This document shows, piece after piece, positions 1 through 12,261 of a DNA stretch of 64,000 bases (position 1 is the stretch's first letter; every line of letters begins with the position of its first letter). The notes beneath the pieces were generated by a model. It worked only from the letters and a program-made list of their open reading frames with translations, did not search any database and had not been told where the DNA came from. A program made the position numbers and the translations under genes. The DNA comes from Leucoraja ocellata (lineage: Eukaryota), in assembly GCA_036785375.1 (NCBI GenBank), contig JAWMAR010000775.1:62001-126000 (forward strand). Reading direction: 5' to 3'.

Positions 1-1402
1 CCATAATTATATTGAAACTAATGGTATTGTGATCACTGGACCCGAAGTGCTCCCCAACGCATACCTCCGCTCACTGTCCCGTCTCATTTCCTAACAGGAG
101 GTGCAGCACTGCCCCTCCTCTAGTAGGTACCTCTATGTATTGCTGCAAAAAACTATCCTGCACACATTTTACAAACTCCAAACCATCCAACCCATTTACA
201 GAATGTGTTTCCCAGTCTATGTGTGGAAAGTTGAAATCTCCCACAATCACTACCTTGTGCTTACTACTAATATCTGCTATCTCCTTACATATTTGCTCTT
301 CTAATTCTTGATCCCCATTTGGCGGTCTATAATACACCCCTATAAGTGTTGCTACACCTTTCCCACTTCTCAGTTCCACCCAAATAGCCTCCCTAGATGA
401 GCCCTCCAATCTATCCTGCCAAAGCACTGCTGTAATATCTTCCCTAACTAGCAATGCAACACCTCCACCTCTTGCCCCTCCAATTCTATCACACCTGAAG
501 CTACGAAATCCTGGAATATTTAGTTTACAATCACACCCCTCCTGCAACCATGTTTCACTGATCGCCACAACATCATACTTCCATGTGTCTATCCAGACTC
601 TAAGCTCATCCACCATTCTTACAATGCTCCTAGCATTAAAATATGCACATTTAAGAAACCCCCTGCCTCTTATTCTCTGTTTATTTCCTTTTTCTTCTTT
701 CAGGCAGTAATCCTGAGATTGTTACCTTTTTGGTCCTTTTCCTTAACTCTCCTCCCAACTCCCTAAATCCTCCCTTCAGGACCTCTTCCCTTTTTTTACC
801 TATGTCATTGGTACCTATATGTACCACGACCTCACGCTCCTCTCCCTCTGATTTCAGGATATCTTGGACGCGTTGAGACACGTCCGAGACCTTGGCACCA
901 GGGAGGCAGACCACCATCCTGGTCTCCCGACTGCGTGCACAGAATCGCCTATCCGACCCCCTAACAATAGAGTCCCCAATTACTATTGCCCTCTTCTTTT
1001 TGTCCCTACCTTTCCGAGCAACAGGACCAGTCTCTGTGCTGGAGGCCCATCCGCTGTTGCTACCCCCGGGCAGGCTGTCACCCCCATCCGTACTCAAACA
1101 GGAGTACTTATTTGCAAGGTGTACCGACATTGGAGTACTCACTTGTCCCTGCCTCTGCCCCTTGCCCTTCCTTAGCGTGACCCACATGTCTCTCTCCCGT
1201 GATTTTGGAGTGACCACCTCCCTATAACTCCTCTCTATGATCTCCTCACTCTCCCTGACCAGACAGAGGTCATCGAGCTGCTGCTCCAGGATCCTAATAG
1301 CCTTAGGAGTCCCATCTCGATGCACCTGGTGCAGATGTGGATGTCTGGAGGACCATCTGACACCATGACCTCCCACATCTGACATCCAGAACAGTACACT
1401 GC
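1..1402 (-). mobile_element. CR1-clade LINE, 5' part: ORF1 (C4 zinc finger plus SGNH esterase) and ORF2 APE endonuclease, disrupted
   Basis: Minus strand reads AVYCSGCQMWEV..HICTRC (frameshifted), then IVIGDSIVRG..CLPGA..VHIGTND (681-1415), then ISETWL..GGGVALLV..YYRPP..GDFNFP (71-616). The element runs off the window edge. Confidence 0.9.
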
Positions 1403-2228
1403 ATATTATTGTCACCTACACCAATATACAGTGAAAAGCTTATGTTTGCCTGCTATCCAGTCAAAAGCAAAGACAATCCTTGAATACCATCAAGCTGGCC
1501 TCAATATCTAATTGAAAGAGTGGTGAAGGCCATGTTTGATAAGAGGGCTGTGAAGTTTAGGTCATCCTTTTATGACATTAATCAGCCCTTGGAGCTATTA
1601 GATGTAAGCTTGATATCATTTGGAGCTTCCTGGTCTTTTAATCTCACAGAGTTGAACGTTCTTTCAAAGGCATAAAGAACCGCTACCAGTACTGTCTGGA
1701 GACATCATCAATTATTCATTGGCTGGTTGATTCTCCTGGTCCCTGCTGTGATCCTACCCATTTTGAGTACTATTCCATCTGTGAAAATGTTCTGTTATAT
1801 TCAGTGAGCGTTCAGGCTGCTGCTGAGGTGTTTTTTTTTAGGTGGCCTCAAGCTTGAAGCAAGTTGTATGAAAGAGGAAGATTGAAGCACGCTGAGACAC
1901 TCGTCATCGATGTCTTCAACCCTGCCAGTGACTGAGCAATGGGCCTTTCAGGAATGATCTGGACGGTGCCCTCCATGGCAATTGAAACAAAAACGTCGCA
2001 TCTTTCCCATGCAATGGTTTTTGTTGGCTCCGGTGTTGAGATGTGAGCACAAGGCTCCAATATTGCTGAATGCATGCGGCTTGAGGCTAAGTTGAAAGCA
2101 AGAATAGTAGATGCGAATCTTCATTGATTAATGTTGTTGTGCTGCATGAATTAAGCGCTGAGAGAGGGCAGTGGTGCAGTTTGTGGACGATCACATTTGT
2201 AAATGCAAGGGGAAAATATCTTTCTATA

Positions 2229-2478
2229 GGATCTGAGGGGTATCTTTTTCACACAAAGGGTGGTGGGTGTATGGAACAAGCTGCCAGAGGAGGTAGTTGA
2301 GGCAGGGACTATCCCAACATTTAAGAAATAGTTAGACAGGTATATGGACCAAGACATGTTTGGAGGGATATGGACCAATTGCTGGCAGATGGGACTAGTG
2401 TAGCTGGCATATGTTAGCCAGTGTGGGCAAGTTGGGCTGAAGGGCATGTTTCCACACTGTATCACTATGACTCTATGA
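2229..2478 (+). mobile_element. CR1 3'-end fragment
   Basis: Encodes LRGIFFTQRVVGVWNKLPEEVVEAG-type C-terminus, followed by the 3' UTR and a short repeat tail. Confidence 0.8.
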
Positions 2479-2934
2479 TGAATTGGCCCTGACTGCACCG
2501 TGTGAGATTGTTAAATCTCTGTTGCTCAGTATACCAACATTGACCTCTGTTACTTCTCCTTGCCATATGTTTTTGATGGCTAAATTATTTAATTCTCACT
2601 GTGTCCAAGATCTATTCCAGTCCTTCCACAATTGTTCTTCTGAACACCCAACCCCCCCCCCCTCCCCCCCACCCCCACCCTTCTCCCACACACACCAATT
2701 TCTTAAATTGAGACCCCCCATTTTTATTTCTCAGGAGTTGCACTGATTCTCCCCAAGATGATAGCTCTGCATCCCAGGCCATCCATAGAAACACAGAAAC
2801 ATAGAATTTAGGTGCAGGAGTAGGCCATTTAGCCTGTCGTCATCGCGTGGCGTTGCGCACGGCAGCCTCGCCAGCAGTGCGTTTGTCATTTCACCCTTTT
2901 TGTTATTTTTAGCCTGTTTAAAAGTATGTTTTTG

Positions 2935-3134
2935 NNNNNNNNNNNNNNNNNNNNNNNNNNNNNNNNNNNNNNNNNNNNNNNNNNNNNNNNNNNNNNNNNN
3001 NNNNNNNNNNNNNNNNNNNNNNNNNNNNNNNNNNNNNNNNNNNNNNNNNNNNNNNNNNNNNNNNNNNNNNNNNNNNNNNNNNNNNNNNNNNNNNNNNNNN
3101 NNNNNNNNNNNNNNNNNNNNNNNNNNNNNNNNNN
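2935..3134. other. Assembly gap (200 N)
   Basis: Run of 200 n characters. Confidence 1.
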
Positions 3135-3545
3135 ATATCTCTAAACTAGACTGAAAACTAAATTTTTAAACATGACAAATTTAACATATTGTCCAAATAG
3201 CTAGAGATACACAAAACCATCGCAAATAACCAGACCTGCACATGGTGCTTGTTGATATAAAATAGTGATGCTGTTTAAATTAGAAATAAATATATATTTG
3301 ATCCAAATTTTACTATAGCAGAAAAATTATAAACATTTTAAATTTATAAGCTTGGTTGAAATTCAGATTTAAGAGGCACTGGCGACTGAATGGGAACGTG
3401 GCATAAACGAGCCAGAAAATCATGATGTGATCCATGGACAATCATTGCAATGTGAGAGCATTGCCAAGTGTTTGCTTCCTGTTCTCTTATAAGTTAATGC
3501 ATGTAGCCAGAACTAGCTACAACATTCATCAGATATCGACAGTAC

Positions 3546-4746
3546 AGAAACAAAGAGTAGGGATTAACGGGTCCCTTTCAGAATGGCAGGCAGTGACTGG
3601 TGAGGTACCGCAAGGCTTGGCGCTGGGACCGCAGCTATTTGCAATATATATTAAAGATTTAGATGAAGGGATTATAAGTAACATTAGCAAATTTGCAGAT
3701 GACACAAAGCTGGGTGGCAGTGTGAACTGTGAGGAGGATGCAATGAGAATGCAGGGTGACTTGGACAGGTTGGGTGAGTGGGCAGATACATGGCAGATGC
3801 AGTTTAATGTGGATAAATGTGAGGTTATCCACTTTGGTAGCAAAAACAGGAAGGAAGATTATTATCTAAATGGTGTCAAGTTGGGAAAAGGGGAAGTACA
3901 ATGGGATCTGGGGGTCCTTGTTCATCAGTCAATGAAAGTAAGCATGCAGGTACAGCAGGTAGTGAAGAAAGCAAATGGCATGTTGGCCTTCATAACAAGA
4001 GGAGTTGAGTATAGGAGCAAAGAGATCTTTCTGCAGTTGTACAGAGCCCTAGTGAGACCACACCTGGAGTATTGTGTGCAGTTTTGGTCTCCAAATTTGA
4101 GGAAGGACATTCTTGCTACTGAGGGAGTGCAGCGTAGATTCACAAGCTGAATGGCGGGACTGTCTATGCTGAGAGAATGGAGCGGCTGGGCTTGTGTACT
4201 CTGGAATTTAGAAGGATGAGAGGTGATCTTATTGAAACATATAAGATTATTAATGATTTGGACTCGCTAGAGACAGTAAACATGTTCCCAAAGCTGGGGG
4301 AGTCCAGAACCAGGGGGCCACAGTTTAAGAATTAGGGGTAAGCCATTTAGAACGGAGATGAGGAAACAATTTGTGAGTCTGTGGGATTCTCTGCCTCAGA
4401 GGGTGGTGGAGGCCGGTTCTCTGGATACTTTCAAGAGAGAGCTCGATAGGGCTCCTGAAGATAGTGGAGTTAGGGGATATGGGGAGAAGGCAGGAACGGG
4501 GTACTGATTGGAAGAGAGTTGTGAGTGTGGGATTCTCTGCCCCAGAGGGCAGTGGAAGCCGGTTCTCTGGATACTTTCAAGAGAGAGCTAGATAGGGCGC
4601 TTGAAGATAGCGGAGTTAGGGGATATGGGGAGAAGGCAGGAACGGGGTACTGATTGTGGATGATCAGCCATGATCACATTGAATGGCGGTGCTGGCTTGA
4701 AGGGCCAAATGGCCTACTCCTGCATCTATTGTCTATTGTCTATTGC
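3546..4746 (+). mobile_element. CR1 LINE, 5'-truncated (RT C-terminal half, 3' UTR, (ctattgt)n tail)
   Basis: Encodes VPQG..LGP.LF..KFADDTKLGG..LVRPHLEYCVQFWSP. Contains an internal tandem duplication of about 140 bp (4370-4510 / 4519-4657). Confidence 0.92.
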
Positions 4747-4771
4747 TTCACTAGGGTGCCCGAGCTTTAGA

Positions 4772-4925
4772 CTAGTTCAGTTTAGTTTATTGTCACGTGT
4801 ACCGAGGTACAGTGAAAAGCTTTTGTTGTGTGCTAACAAGTCAGCAGAAAGACAATACATGGTTACAATCGAACCATTTACAGTGTACAGATACATGATA
4901 AGGGAATAACGTTTAGTACAAGGTA
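4772..4925 (-). mobile_element. LINE 3'-end fragment (Rex/Babar- or RTE-like)
   Basis: ttcagtttagtttattgtcacgtgtaccgaggtacagtgaaaagc recurs at 18505-18625, with related copies at 1405-1500 and 27148-27400. Confidence 0.55.
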
Positions 4926-5217
4926 ACCAAGAACTAAATATCACTAAGGACTGACAACCACCATGTGAAATGTAAGTGTGACAGTTTAAGGAGAGAATTG
5001 ATTGTGACTATGGTAATTGTGGTCATGTGTATTGACCAGTTTACCTATTCAAGAATGGCATAAGGTGGGACAGACCAAACTCCATGGTATTCTGACATTG
5101 CTCTGAGAGTCTTGTGGAGGCCGTACTGAATGGGAGAGATATTAACCTTCAATCACACCGTAAAAATATTACATGAGGAATGTGTACAAAAACCTGGGAC
5201 AGATTACTTTACATTGT

Positions 5218-5519
5218 TTTGTTTAGTTTAGTTTAGAAATACAGCACAGAAGCAGGCCCTTCGGCCCACCAGGTCTGCGCCGACCAGCGGTGCCCACACA
5301 TCCTTCACACACAATTTATACATTTACCAAATAACCTACAAATCTACACGTCTTTGGAGTGTGGGAGGAAACTGAAGATCTCGGAGAAAACCCAGGCAGG
5401 TCACGGGGGGAGAACGTACAAACTCCATACCGACAGCACCCGTAGTAGGGATCAAACACGGGTCTCTGGCGCTGCAAGTGCTGTAAGGCAGCAACTCTAC
5501 CACTGCTCCACCGTGCAGC
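5218..5519 (-). mobile_element. tRNA-derived SINE (HE1-like)
   Basis: Minus strand has A-box/B-box-like head ggtggagcagtggtagag..gtttgatcc and an (aaact)n tail. Many copies in the window. Confidence 0.8.
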
Positions 5520-7186
5520 CGTATGTGTGTGTCATCAATTTAATGTCCAGTCTGGTTAACAAATGAACACCAGTTCATGGGTTATATCAGGAGTTGCCTG
5601 CAATGGCTGAATAAACCTTGTATTGAGTACAGCTGTGTCCGCACCTTCTGAATGAAAAATGTTCGTTGTGACTAGCACGCTCCTGTATAAAGCTTTACCA
5701 AGGTAGCAGCAAGCCATGGCAGAGCAGGGATTGGAGGGGGAAGGCTGATTTTCCAATGCCAGGTTCATACTGAAACAGTGGGAGCAAGTGATTAAAGAGT
5801 GTAGTCAAAGGAGCAAAGCACTCAGGGCTAGAATGCAGAGTTGGGAATACAATGTAATAGCCTGACATGTTTGCTCAAGGTCAGTGAATACATTAGAAAA
5901 TCCCTGACAAATGTGTCAGAGTGATCACACTCTGCTCCATGATATAGATCTCCATTAGCCATTTCACAATGATCTGTATCAATCAGGGTCCTATTTAAAA
6001 TCCTAGAGCCTGCCACAAAGTCGCATACTTACCATCACTCAAACAATCATATCCATATCTCACAGTTTACGCACACTCCTTGTTTATTCAGCCACGGATA
6101 ACATTTTGCACATATCACACTGTAACAAATTCATTTACACTCTTCCCTTTTCTTGGAGCAAGTGGTGCCACAGATATCATGCCAGCAACAGCATTCTGAC
6201 AGCAGAGAAAAAAACACTGTCCATAAGCTCAGTTTTCAGGACAAAGCTGTGCTGGCTGTTAGTGGGTGGACACCTCATGGTTTCACTGAGGACAGTGATA
6301 TGCCAACATCTAACCCTGTTGGTTGATTAAGTGCACACCATTCACTTTTGATCTGTCTTCACAATAATCAAACCTTTGTGTCCTTCTCGCAAAGACTCGA
6401 CAACTTCCACCTGTCTGGACCCTGGCTATGAAAGAGGAACAAATCTAATTTCTCAACCCGGTTAGAAGCTGCCTGACTTGCAGACTTCCTCCAGCAGTTT
6501 GTTTTTTACCCCTCAAGATTCTAGCATCTACAGTTGCTTGTGTCTTTATTTCCCAGTCTATTGTTCAAACCCACCCTCTCAGATGCAGATACTCTATATA
6601 GTAGAGGTTCATAGAGTGACATGGCACAGAGACTGGCCTATTGACCATCTTGTCCATGCTGACCAGCAGGTACCTTTAGTCAGTATACAGTCTGTAGCCA
6701 TCCATGCCTTGGCAATTGAAGTGCTCAATGATAGTTGCTTAGATGTGATCTCTAAACATGATGAGTTACTGGGTAGAAGTGACCACTGCCAGGGCATGTA
6801 GTAAGGTAGCTCATGTATCAGCTCCCTGGAGGACAAGACTACCCTGAACAGGGCAGTCTGAAGACAAAGACTAATAACAGGATGTTGCTATAATCTTCAG
6901 CTCCACCCTGGCTGTAATCAAACATAGTAAATATTCATAACCACTGCGACTTGAAAGGACAATGTGATCTTTTCTCTGGACTGAAATTGTAGATCACAGG
7001 GGTGGCACAGCGGCGCAGCAGTAGAGTTGTTGCCTTACAGCGCTTGCAGCGCCGGAGACCAGGATTCGATCCTGACCATGGGTGCTGTCGGTACGGAGTT
7101 TGCACGTTCTTCCCGTAACCCGCGTGGGCTTTCTCTGAGATCTTCGGTTTCCTCCCACACTCCAAAGACATACAGGTATGCAGGTT

Positions 7187-10100
7187 AATAGTAAGATTAA
7201 ACAAGAACTTACTAGTTTGAAGTTTGATCTTGATTTTATGAGGAGTTGCGATGAGCGATTACGTGAAGAAGGGCTGTCCGTCTGCGTGCGCGTCAATCTT
7301 CAAAGCAGCGGTGTAAAATCACAGATAAAAAAAAACCTAAGAATAGTAAGATTGTGAAGAAACTAGAACTTCCATATGACCTTGATAGTATGAGGGTAGG
7401 AGCGGTGGGCACGTAATCGCTCATCGTAACTCCTCATAAAATCAAGATCAAATTTCAAACTGGTAAGCTCGTTTAATCTTACTATTTTACTTCGGAGTCA
7501 CGTGAGTGACTACGTGATGATTTCAAAGCTCTGTGATTTCACGCCGGTTACGAATCCAGGCGTCACACACTCATTGGATTGACCATGGATGAGTGTAGTC
7601 CTTAAAGCATTCAGACATAACGTAGTTAATAACACTGATGCTTTAAAGTGAAAAGAAATGTTTTAATAGTAACCCCTCCAATTCTGGGGGGAAACTAGGA
7701 AACAGAACTTAAAACGGTATGTGCAAACACCCCTGGTCCGGTTATAGGCTTGTTGTAAAACCGGTGGAACATTCGTTCATTTGCCCATCCTGCAGCCGCT
7801 AGGATGTCGTTGAGGGGAACGTCCATAGCTCTTGCTGCCGACGTAGATGCAGCCCTGGTGGAGTGAGATTTTAAAATGTCAATGTTCACTCCCGCTTCCG
7901 CCATTACCTTCTTTAACCATCTGGAGATGGTTTGAGTCGATACCTTATGATGAAGTTTTTTATGACTGATCAGGACAGATTGCTCAGAGCCTCTGAGGTT
8001 CCTCGTAAATCTCAGCTAATTATGTAACTGTGTTACCACACACAACCGTGGGTCCTCAGGATATGCCATGAACTCTATCTTAACCCCTGGCATTCCTGGC
8101 CTGCTCTGTTTATCAAGAGGAAAGACCGATCCTGGACTGGACTCTGGACTGTGGTCTTGTCCACGGGGGGGGGGGGGGAATGGAGGAGGACGGCAAAATT
8201 TTGTGCCTTCCACCACAGTGATGAATGCTGTGGTGGATGTTTATGTTACATGTTGTGTCCTGTTTATGCATTTTATTATTTTGTTAACCCATCTTTATGC
8301 TTTGTATGGAACTGATTTTTAAATTATGTAAAGCACTTTGGGGTCAATGAAAATTGACTATAAATGTGCTATATAAATAAACTTATTATTATTATTATTA
8401 TTATTATTAAGTCCCTGATGACAAAAGTTATTTTGTTGACATTGGTGGTCATGTAGTCAAGTCGCAACTTGTGCAGAGTCTGGACTCTTTGTGCTGTTAC
8501 CAGCGCCATTAGCATGACCACCTTTAGAGTGAGTTTTGATAATGGTAAGGACATAGGCAGTGCCCACTGTCGAAGTAAAGTAAGCACCATGCTCACATCC
8601 CAGATGTCCGTGTACCTTGGCCTTGGTGGTGTAGAATTGTATATACCTTTCATACATTTGGTTATATGAGGGTGCGTTCCTATCGACCCGTGCCCTGCTT
8701 CTGGCACTATGGATTGCACTATAGCCTAATTTATGGTCATAGTACAGGGTGGATAGGAACTCGAGTATATCTGTGATCTGAACTGTGTCATATGAAATGT
8801 TGTTGGCCTTGCAGAACATTTCCCACTTCTTTATATGCGAGACGTACTGTTTTTTAGTGCTGTCCTTCCATGCCGCTGTAATCACATCCACAGTTCGTTT
8901 GGACAGTCCAAGACCTTGGTATGGACACCTCAGAATCTGCAAACCAATAAATTGATTTGGTCATGTTGTGGATGCTCCCCATAACTGGGTGCACTAGGAG
9001 GTCCCTGCTCTTGGGTACAGCCATTAATGGCTGGGTTATTATTCCCAAGATCTTCGGGAACCAGGCTTGTGTAGGCCAATCCGGCACTACCAAAATGCCT
9101 GTGGCTTTGTCTTGCTTGATTTTTGTCAAGCATCGGCTGATGAGGCAAAATGGAGGAAATACATACATAAAAATTCCTCCCTAATTGAGGGAGAAAGCAT
9201 CCACTGCCACTTCTCCTGGATCCGGCTCCCAGGACACACATTTGGGTAACTGATGGTTTAATCTAGATGCGAACAGATCAATATCTGGGATGCCAAATCG
9301 TGTGGTTATTTCATTAAAAACTGCACGATTTACCATCCATTCTGTGTTGTCATTAAATATCCGTGACCTGGCATCTGCCACCGTGTTGTATCTACCTGGT
9401 AGATAGACAGCTGTGACCCAAATATCCCTCTCGATACACCAGTGCCAGATAAGATTTGACAATCTGTCACAAGATACAGATTTAACACCACCCATGTGAT
9501 TGACATATGCCACCTCTGTAATGTTATCAGTCTGAATCTGAACATGCATATGTTGCATGTTGCATGTTGCTGCAAAAAGCCTTGAACTCATAATGTGCCC
9601 CCAACAATTCTAGGTAATTGATTCCATGTTGTTGATAGAATTACAGACTCCTGCTCATTCCATCTACCCCCGCAGCTGGTGACTATGTCAGTTGCTCCCC
9701 ATCCTAACCTGCTTGCATCGGTTTGTAAGACCACCGATGGGGTTTCCAGCAAGATTTCCCTTGAGCTATGACATATGTTCATCATCCACCATTCTAATTC
9801 AACAAGGCCTCAGCTGGCAATCGCATTAGTTTGCCGTATTGACCAGCGTGGGATCTGAGTGCTCGTTCCTTTGCTTGTTGTAAATTTTGATAATGCAAAG
9901 GTCCGTAATGTACTGCTGGAAATGCAGCTACTAATTTGCCAATCACACTCGCCGTCTGCCTGATAGATGACTTATATTTGACTTTAAGGTCATTGCAGGC
10001 TTTAATAAGATCTAGTTGTTTGCCCCTGGGCAACATCACTAACATATGAACTGCATTAATTGTGAACCCCAGGTAATCAATAACCTTGGTAGGTTTCAAT

Positions 10101-12261
10101 TTTGATTTAACTGGGTGGATGAGGAACTCAAGTCTTTCAAACATGGTTTTTGTTGCTATAACTGATGATTCTGCCGGTTCTTTGGTGACCCCAAATTATA
10201 AAAATGTCATCCAAATACACCATGACTATGTGATTCTGAGATTGTAATAGACCCAGAATAGGTTTCAGTAGTTTTGTGAATAGCCTGGGGGCTGAAGTTA
10301 GTTCATTTGGCAGTGCCTTGTATTGCCATTACTGACCCATCCAGTTAAACTTCAAATAGACACCGAATAGCATGCATCTTTAAGGTCGATGCATGCCATA
10401 TAACCATTTTTGGAAACCAACTGTATTGCTGTGCCAAAGTTATCCATTTTGAAATGTTTATATTGCACATATGTGTTGAGTTCCGTAAGATCTAGAATGA
10501 TACGACACCCTCCATCTTTTTTCTCTTTTGAGAAAATATTGAATATGAATTGGTGAGGTTCTGTATGTGACCTCTCAATGACATTTTTTCAGATAATGTT
10601 TGAATATCTCCTCGTATATCCATAGTTTCTTGTTGAGAGAAAACATATGTGCGATTAGGTGAATGTTGCGTGGGTGGTAATGAATCCAAATTAAACTCAA
10701 TTTTGAACCCTTGTATACTGTGCAGTATAAACTGATCAGTTGTGACCCAACACCATTCATTCAAGAAGTATTTCAACCTTCCTCCCACTGGTACTTGAGG
10801 CCTGTCTAAGGTGTTCCCCAAGGAACTAGGTTGACTTACCTCCGATGTTACTAACGGTATGGCGCTGGTTTCTTCTCGCGAGGCTTGGAGGGTTGAGCTG
10901 GTGGTTGCCCTTTCCGCATCCTCGCTGTGGGCCGGCTGGGGCCTGCCCCTAAAAAAGACCTTGATGCTTCTTGTGTCGGTCTTCCACTTGTGCCGGGCCC
11001 CCTGGGCGTGTATCGCCTGGAGCTGTAGGGTGCATCCTTTGCGACGGATCCTTTTACGTGTTCTGGCCTTTGTTATGAGGCGGACAGTTTTTGCCTCGTC
11101 GTCCAGATCCCGCACCTGCCTTGGCAGATCTTCACAAAATAGATAGTTGGCTGGCTGGACATTGCTGGCCTTACATAGCACAGCACATTTTGAGTTAATT
11201 GATGGTCTCATTGCGTTTTTACGCAGGCAATTAATCTCAAAATGGGCATTACACAGTAACGCCATGGTGTCTTGCGCTCTATCGCTGAGGAGTCTTCCAT
11301 CCACTCCTCAAGCCACTAATTTGAGGACTTTCTGGAGTTTCATCTCCTGTGTCCTGACTGCTGGTCCAATCTGTCCCCAGATGGCGTTGTTCACAGCTTG
11401 AACGTTGAGGGAAGCACAGTTTGCAGGTGGGGGGTACCTATTCATGGTTTCCTCCATGGCCAGTCCTTTTAACTGGTGGGATGCCAAGTAATTTATATTA
11501 CTAGCCAGGTCTTCATCCGGGGTGCACCCAATGGTGTAGTTATAGCGAACCTGGATGACTGAAGCGACACTTCTGCCCCGCGTCCCTGGGAATGCTTCCC
11601 CACTGTGCTCCCATATTCAGAGTCAGGATATTGTCATCCTGATGTACTTCCCCCTTCTATGGAGAAGACACTTTGCTGCCCCATGTAAGAGGCTGATGGC
11701 ACGGCCTGCTGTGGAGACCCGTGCTGATACTTCTCCCTCCTACGGAGCAGATCATTCTGGAGCAACTTCTCCACAAGTTGCTCCATGTGTGAGAGTTGTC
11801 CACAGATGCTTCCCGATGATAGAGGGAATCTCTCCTCCCCTGACTCATCTGAGTCAACGTGTCTGGCAGACTTATGTGTGGCTTTGCGTCCTGCCGGGAC
11901 TGCCACGGTGCTCTCCTCCCGCACCAAGTCTTCTCCTGCCGGATCTGCTGCCGGCGGCAATGACGGCGAAAGAGACAGTCGCCCGATATCCGGATTACCG
12001 CGGTCTTCGGTAGCCGACTTCCCCACAGACCATCTCTTTACCTTCGACATCCCGGGTCTCCTGAAAACACAATTATTTTCGCAACCCGCAAAGACCGCAG
12101 ATTAGTTTAAAAAACGTACCTGCCGCTTTTTAAACCTAACCGCTGGGAGGCCGCAATGCCCCTGCCAGTCGGTCGCTGTGCGTAGCTCTCAGACATAATG
12201 ACGCTCACGCAGACGGACGGCCCTTCTTCACGTAGTCACTTACGTGACTCCGAAGTAAAAT
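7187..12261 (-). mobile_element. DIRS1-like tyrosine-recombinase retrotransposon, copy 1 (gag, RT, RNase H, MT-like domain, YR; decayed)
   Basis: RT (VYLDDI region near 10200; IDYLG), RNase H (LQTDASRLGWGA; TDN..AYVNHMGG), DLFAS..FPPF MT-like domain, YR (SHSTRAASTS..AAGW..F..FY). Inverted termini at about 7259-7295 and 12198-12236; ICR at 7410-7517. Confidence 0.95.
8116..8407 (+). mobile_element. Short retroposon with (tta)n tail inserted in the YR of DIRS copy 1
   Basis: Interrupts the YR between ..VIRDLI and KQSRPG. Has a stem-loop caccacag..ctgtggtg and a microsatellite tail. Confidence 0.65.

Noticed and set aside
2900-3154. ORFs made of X residues
   Set aside because: Artefacts of the 200-N gap.
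4370-4657. Direct repeat of about 140 bp
   Set aside because: A simple internal duplication in a CR1 3' end, with no sign of function.
7187-7520. Long inverted repeats recurring four times, suggesting a novel ncRNA or CRISPR-like system
   Set aside because: Fully explained by DIRS1 terminal repeats and the ICR; there is no repeat-spacer periodicity.
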